Both the position numbers and the translations under genes were made by a program. From a virus (taxonomy: Duplodnaviria > Caudoviricetes), in IMG/VR virus record IMGVR_UViG_3300007972_000002, positions 1 through 43,525 of that record: a stretch of 43,525 nt of DNA, one strand, 5' to 3'. The notes beneath the pieces were generated by a model. The model saw only the letters and a program-made list of their open reading frames with translations. It made no database searches and was not told the origin of the DNA. Every line of letters begins with the position of its first letter. Position 1 is the stretch's first letter. Below are positions 41,473-43,525 of the stretch, in pieces.

Positions 41473-43525
41473 ACTGGCCTCCTGGTTGTTGGGATTGATT
41501 GGCCTTGGCCTGCTGCAACTGCAGTTTTTGCAGGTTAATCTGGTTGGTCTGCTGTGCCTTTTGCTCGTCCAGGGCCAGGCGCTTTTGGTCAATGCCGATG
41601 CGCGCCTTGTCCGCCTCTGCACGCTGGGCAATTTCCTTCTCCTTGATCTGGACCAACGGATCGGGGCCTTCACCACCCGCAAACTTCTCCTGCATGTCGC
41701 GCACTTCCTTCATGCCCATGGCAATGTTGATGGCGACCATGCCTTCCTTCTGGATGGCAGAGACCAGGCGGTCTGGATCGGTCCCATACTGCTTGAACAG
41801 CTCAACTTCCATATCCTCTTCCGCGCGCAGGCGCACGTGGTCAAGTATGTGCTTTTGCAACTCAACCGCAGACGTTGGATTGGCCTGCAGAATGGGTGAC
41901 ATGCCCATCATCAGGTGGGACGCAATGTGCGCGTCATGTTGTTGGCCGGCAAAGGCCTTGAGCTTCATGCCGTTCAAGACGTCACTGTTCTCGGACGCCG
42001 GGTCACGGGGCATGTTGGTGTTTTGCGGCAACAGCACACCGTCAATGTCACGCAAGTTCAAGGCTGAATACATGCGGTAATACGCCTCGTACATGTTGTG
42101 CATGTTCGGAGCGCTCTGGGCCAACTGCAACTGCATCTGGGCCAACTGAATGCGCTGGGCAGAGCTGAAGATGTTGGGGTCAGCCACGGGCTGCACCGAC
42201 ACCATGCTGTCAAAGTCTGCCTTCTTGATCTTGCGGCTGGCCCCTGGCACGTCATAGGGGTACTCGTCGGGCATGTATTGGCCAAAACCCTCAAACAGCA
42301 ACCTGAACTCCAGCGTTTGCGCATAGTGCAGGCGCTTGTGGATGCTGGACATGACCATCGAGCCGCGTTCCAAGAGCGCCAGGGTCGTTCCGACCTGTGC
42401 GTACTGGTTGCCGTCGCCAACTTGCATGTCTGCCGTGCTGGACAAGCGCTTGCCGGCGTCCACAAGGAACCCCATGAGCGCAAACAGCACTTGGCTGGGC
42501 TCTTTGTACGGCAAAGGCAACAAAGACGCTGAAAGCTCTGCACCACCTGCGTCAATGTCTCGCCATTCACCCGGCTGGATGGGGTCTGAGTCGTCCGCGA
42601 TCCGCGCTCCTTTGGCCTTGAAGCCTGCAGGCAGGTTGGCGAGCGTGCCAGCGTCAATCAACTGACGCAAGGCGCTCGTAGCGGCCTTTCCAAGGCCTCC
42701 GATGAGGTGCACAAAGCCCAAGCCGTAAGCACCGGGGCCCTCGACAAGCACGTAATGCACAAAATAATTGCGGCGGTTGCACTTTTCGTCGTTTTCTTTC
42801 CAATTCCGACGAATTCCGACCACTTTTAACGTGTCTTCAGCAAGGGTAACCACGTATGGACGCTTAATTCCGGTCGGTTCGTCGTCCTCGTCCATGTCTT
42901 CAAAGCCTTGGAGGTCCAAATCCACCAATTGCTCAAGCAAAAACACCTCTCCGATGTCATCTGTGGGCTGAATGCCTGTGACTTTGTCAATGGCTTCCTG
43001 GATTTGGCTTGCATCGGCAGGGGAGGCATAGGTGTCCAGGTATACGTCAAGGTACTCACCTGCCAAAGCACGCTTGCGGTACTCGTTTGAGTCCATTGCA
43101 ATGCGGTGCGTGAGCCGTGGGCATTGGGATACGACGCTTGAGCCGTTGTACGGAATGTAAACATCGTCCGCCAGGCACAGTTTTGACACCATGCGGCCCA
43201 GTTGGTAGTCGTAGTAGACCTTCTTGAAGGTCGAGCCACCGTAGCCAGTGTAGAAAAGCTGCTGGTCAAACTCAGGCGTGTACTCTTCCATCACCGTGGT
43301 GATCTGGTAGTTCATGAAGTCTTGCACACGGCCGGCCTGCTGGAACTTTTCCACAGTCTCTTTGCCCATGATCTGCGAGCGAACAGGGCCACCGGCGGGC
43401 ATCAGCTCCTTGAAGGCCTGTGCCTGGAACTGAACAATGGCCTCGGTCAACATTGGATGGGTCGCGCCCGACGCGCCACGGAAGGGCTTGGTGCGCTCTT
43501 CCATGCGAAAGCCCAACAGATCAAG
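41462..43525 (-). CDS. portal protein, 5'-truncated by the window
   Basis: HPMLTEAIVQFQAQA, G..FKKVYYD, ALRQLIDAGTLANLPAG, PLPYKEPS, VGTTLALLE, IHKRLH; Gln-rich C-terminus. Confidence 0.9.
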   Translation of the reverse strand, partial: LDLLGFRMEERTKPFRGASGATHPMLTEAIVQFQAQAFKELMPAGGPVRSQIMGKETVEKFQQAGRVQDFMNYQITTVMEEYTPEFDQQLFYTGYGGSTFKKVYYDYQLGRMVSKLCLADDVYIPYNGSSVVSQCPRLTHRIAMDSNEYRKRALAGEYLDVYLDTYASPADASQIQEAIDKVTGIQPTDDIGEVFLLEQLVDLDLQGFEDMDEDDEPTGIKRPYVVTLAEDTLKVVGIRRNWKENDEKCNRRNYFVHYVLVEGPGAYGLGFVHLIGGLGKAATSALRQLIDAGTLANLPAGFKAKGARIADDSDPIQPGEWRDIDAGGAELSASLLPLPYKEPSQVLFALMGFLVDAGKRLSSTADMQVGDGNQYAQVGTTLALLERGSMVMSSIHKRLHYAQTLEFRLLFEGFGQYMPDEYPYDVPGASRKIKKADFDSMVSVQPVADPNIFSSAQRIQLAQMQLQLAQSAPNMHNMYEAYYRMYSALNLRDIDGVLLPQNTNMPRDPASENSDVLNGMKLKAFAGQQHDAHIASHLMMGMSPILQANPTSAVELQKHILDHVRLRAEEDMEVELFKQYGTDPDRLVSAIQKEGMVAINIAMGMKEVRDMQEKFAGGEGPDPLVQIKEKEIAQRAEADKARIGIDQKRLALDEQKAQQTNQINLQKLQLQQAKANQSQQPGGQYAA

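Noticed and set aside
1-43525. tRNA genes, integrase/att site, alternative genetic code
   Set aside because: No cloverleaf or recombinase motif was found by eye, and conserved genes read through intact under the standard code.

Overview
This 43.5-kb window is most of a dsDNA tailed-phage genome (Caudoviricetes, podovirus-like gene set); nearly all genes are on the minus strand. Reading the minus strand from the right end: portal (truncated by the window), GroES, scaffold, major capsid protein and decoration proteins, small basic proteins, head-tail adaptors, a modular tail fibre with a peptidase-S74 chaperone, a GT9-like glycosyltransferase, lysis genes (holin, M15 endolysin), a tail stabilisation protein and four large putative internal-virion/ejection proteins. 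A short plus-strand block follows (SNF2-like helicase, PD-(D/E)XK nuclease). A divergent minus-strand replication block (SSB-like protein, AEP primase, UvrD-like helicase, family A polymerase) then leads into many small early genes. I saw no terminase, integrase, tRNA, CRISPR array or reverse transcriptase. Most interesting observations: (1) the tail fibre is an in-frame array of unrelated AT-rich cassettes separated by seven nucleotide-conserved junctions (CAAGTTACCGCT core, 18 bp identical in five), with a truncated gene relic just downstream; (2) several short intergenic leaders fold into compact, partly pseudoknotted RNA structures next to ribosome-binding sites, most clearly a double pseudoknot downstream of the capsid gene; (3) a recurrent [MYL]xxGG peptide motif is shared by ejection proteins and small basic proteins. 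Product calls come from motif recognition and gene order only; no database searches were run.
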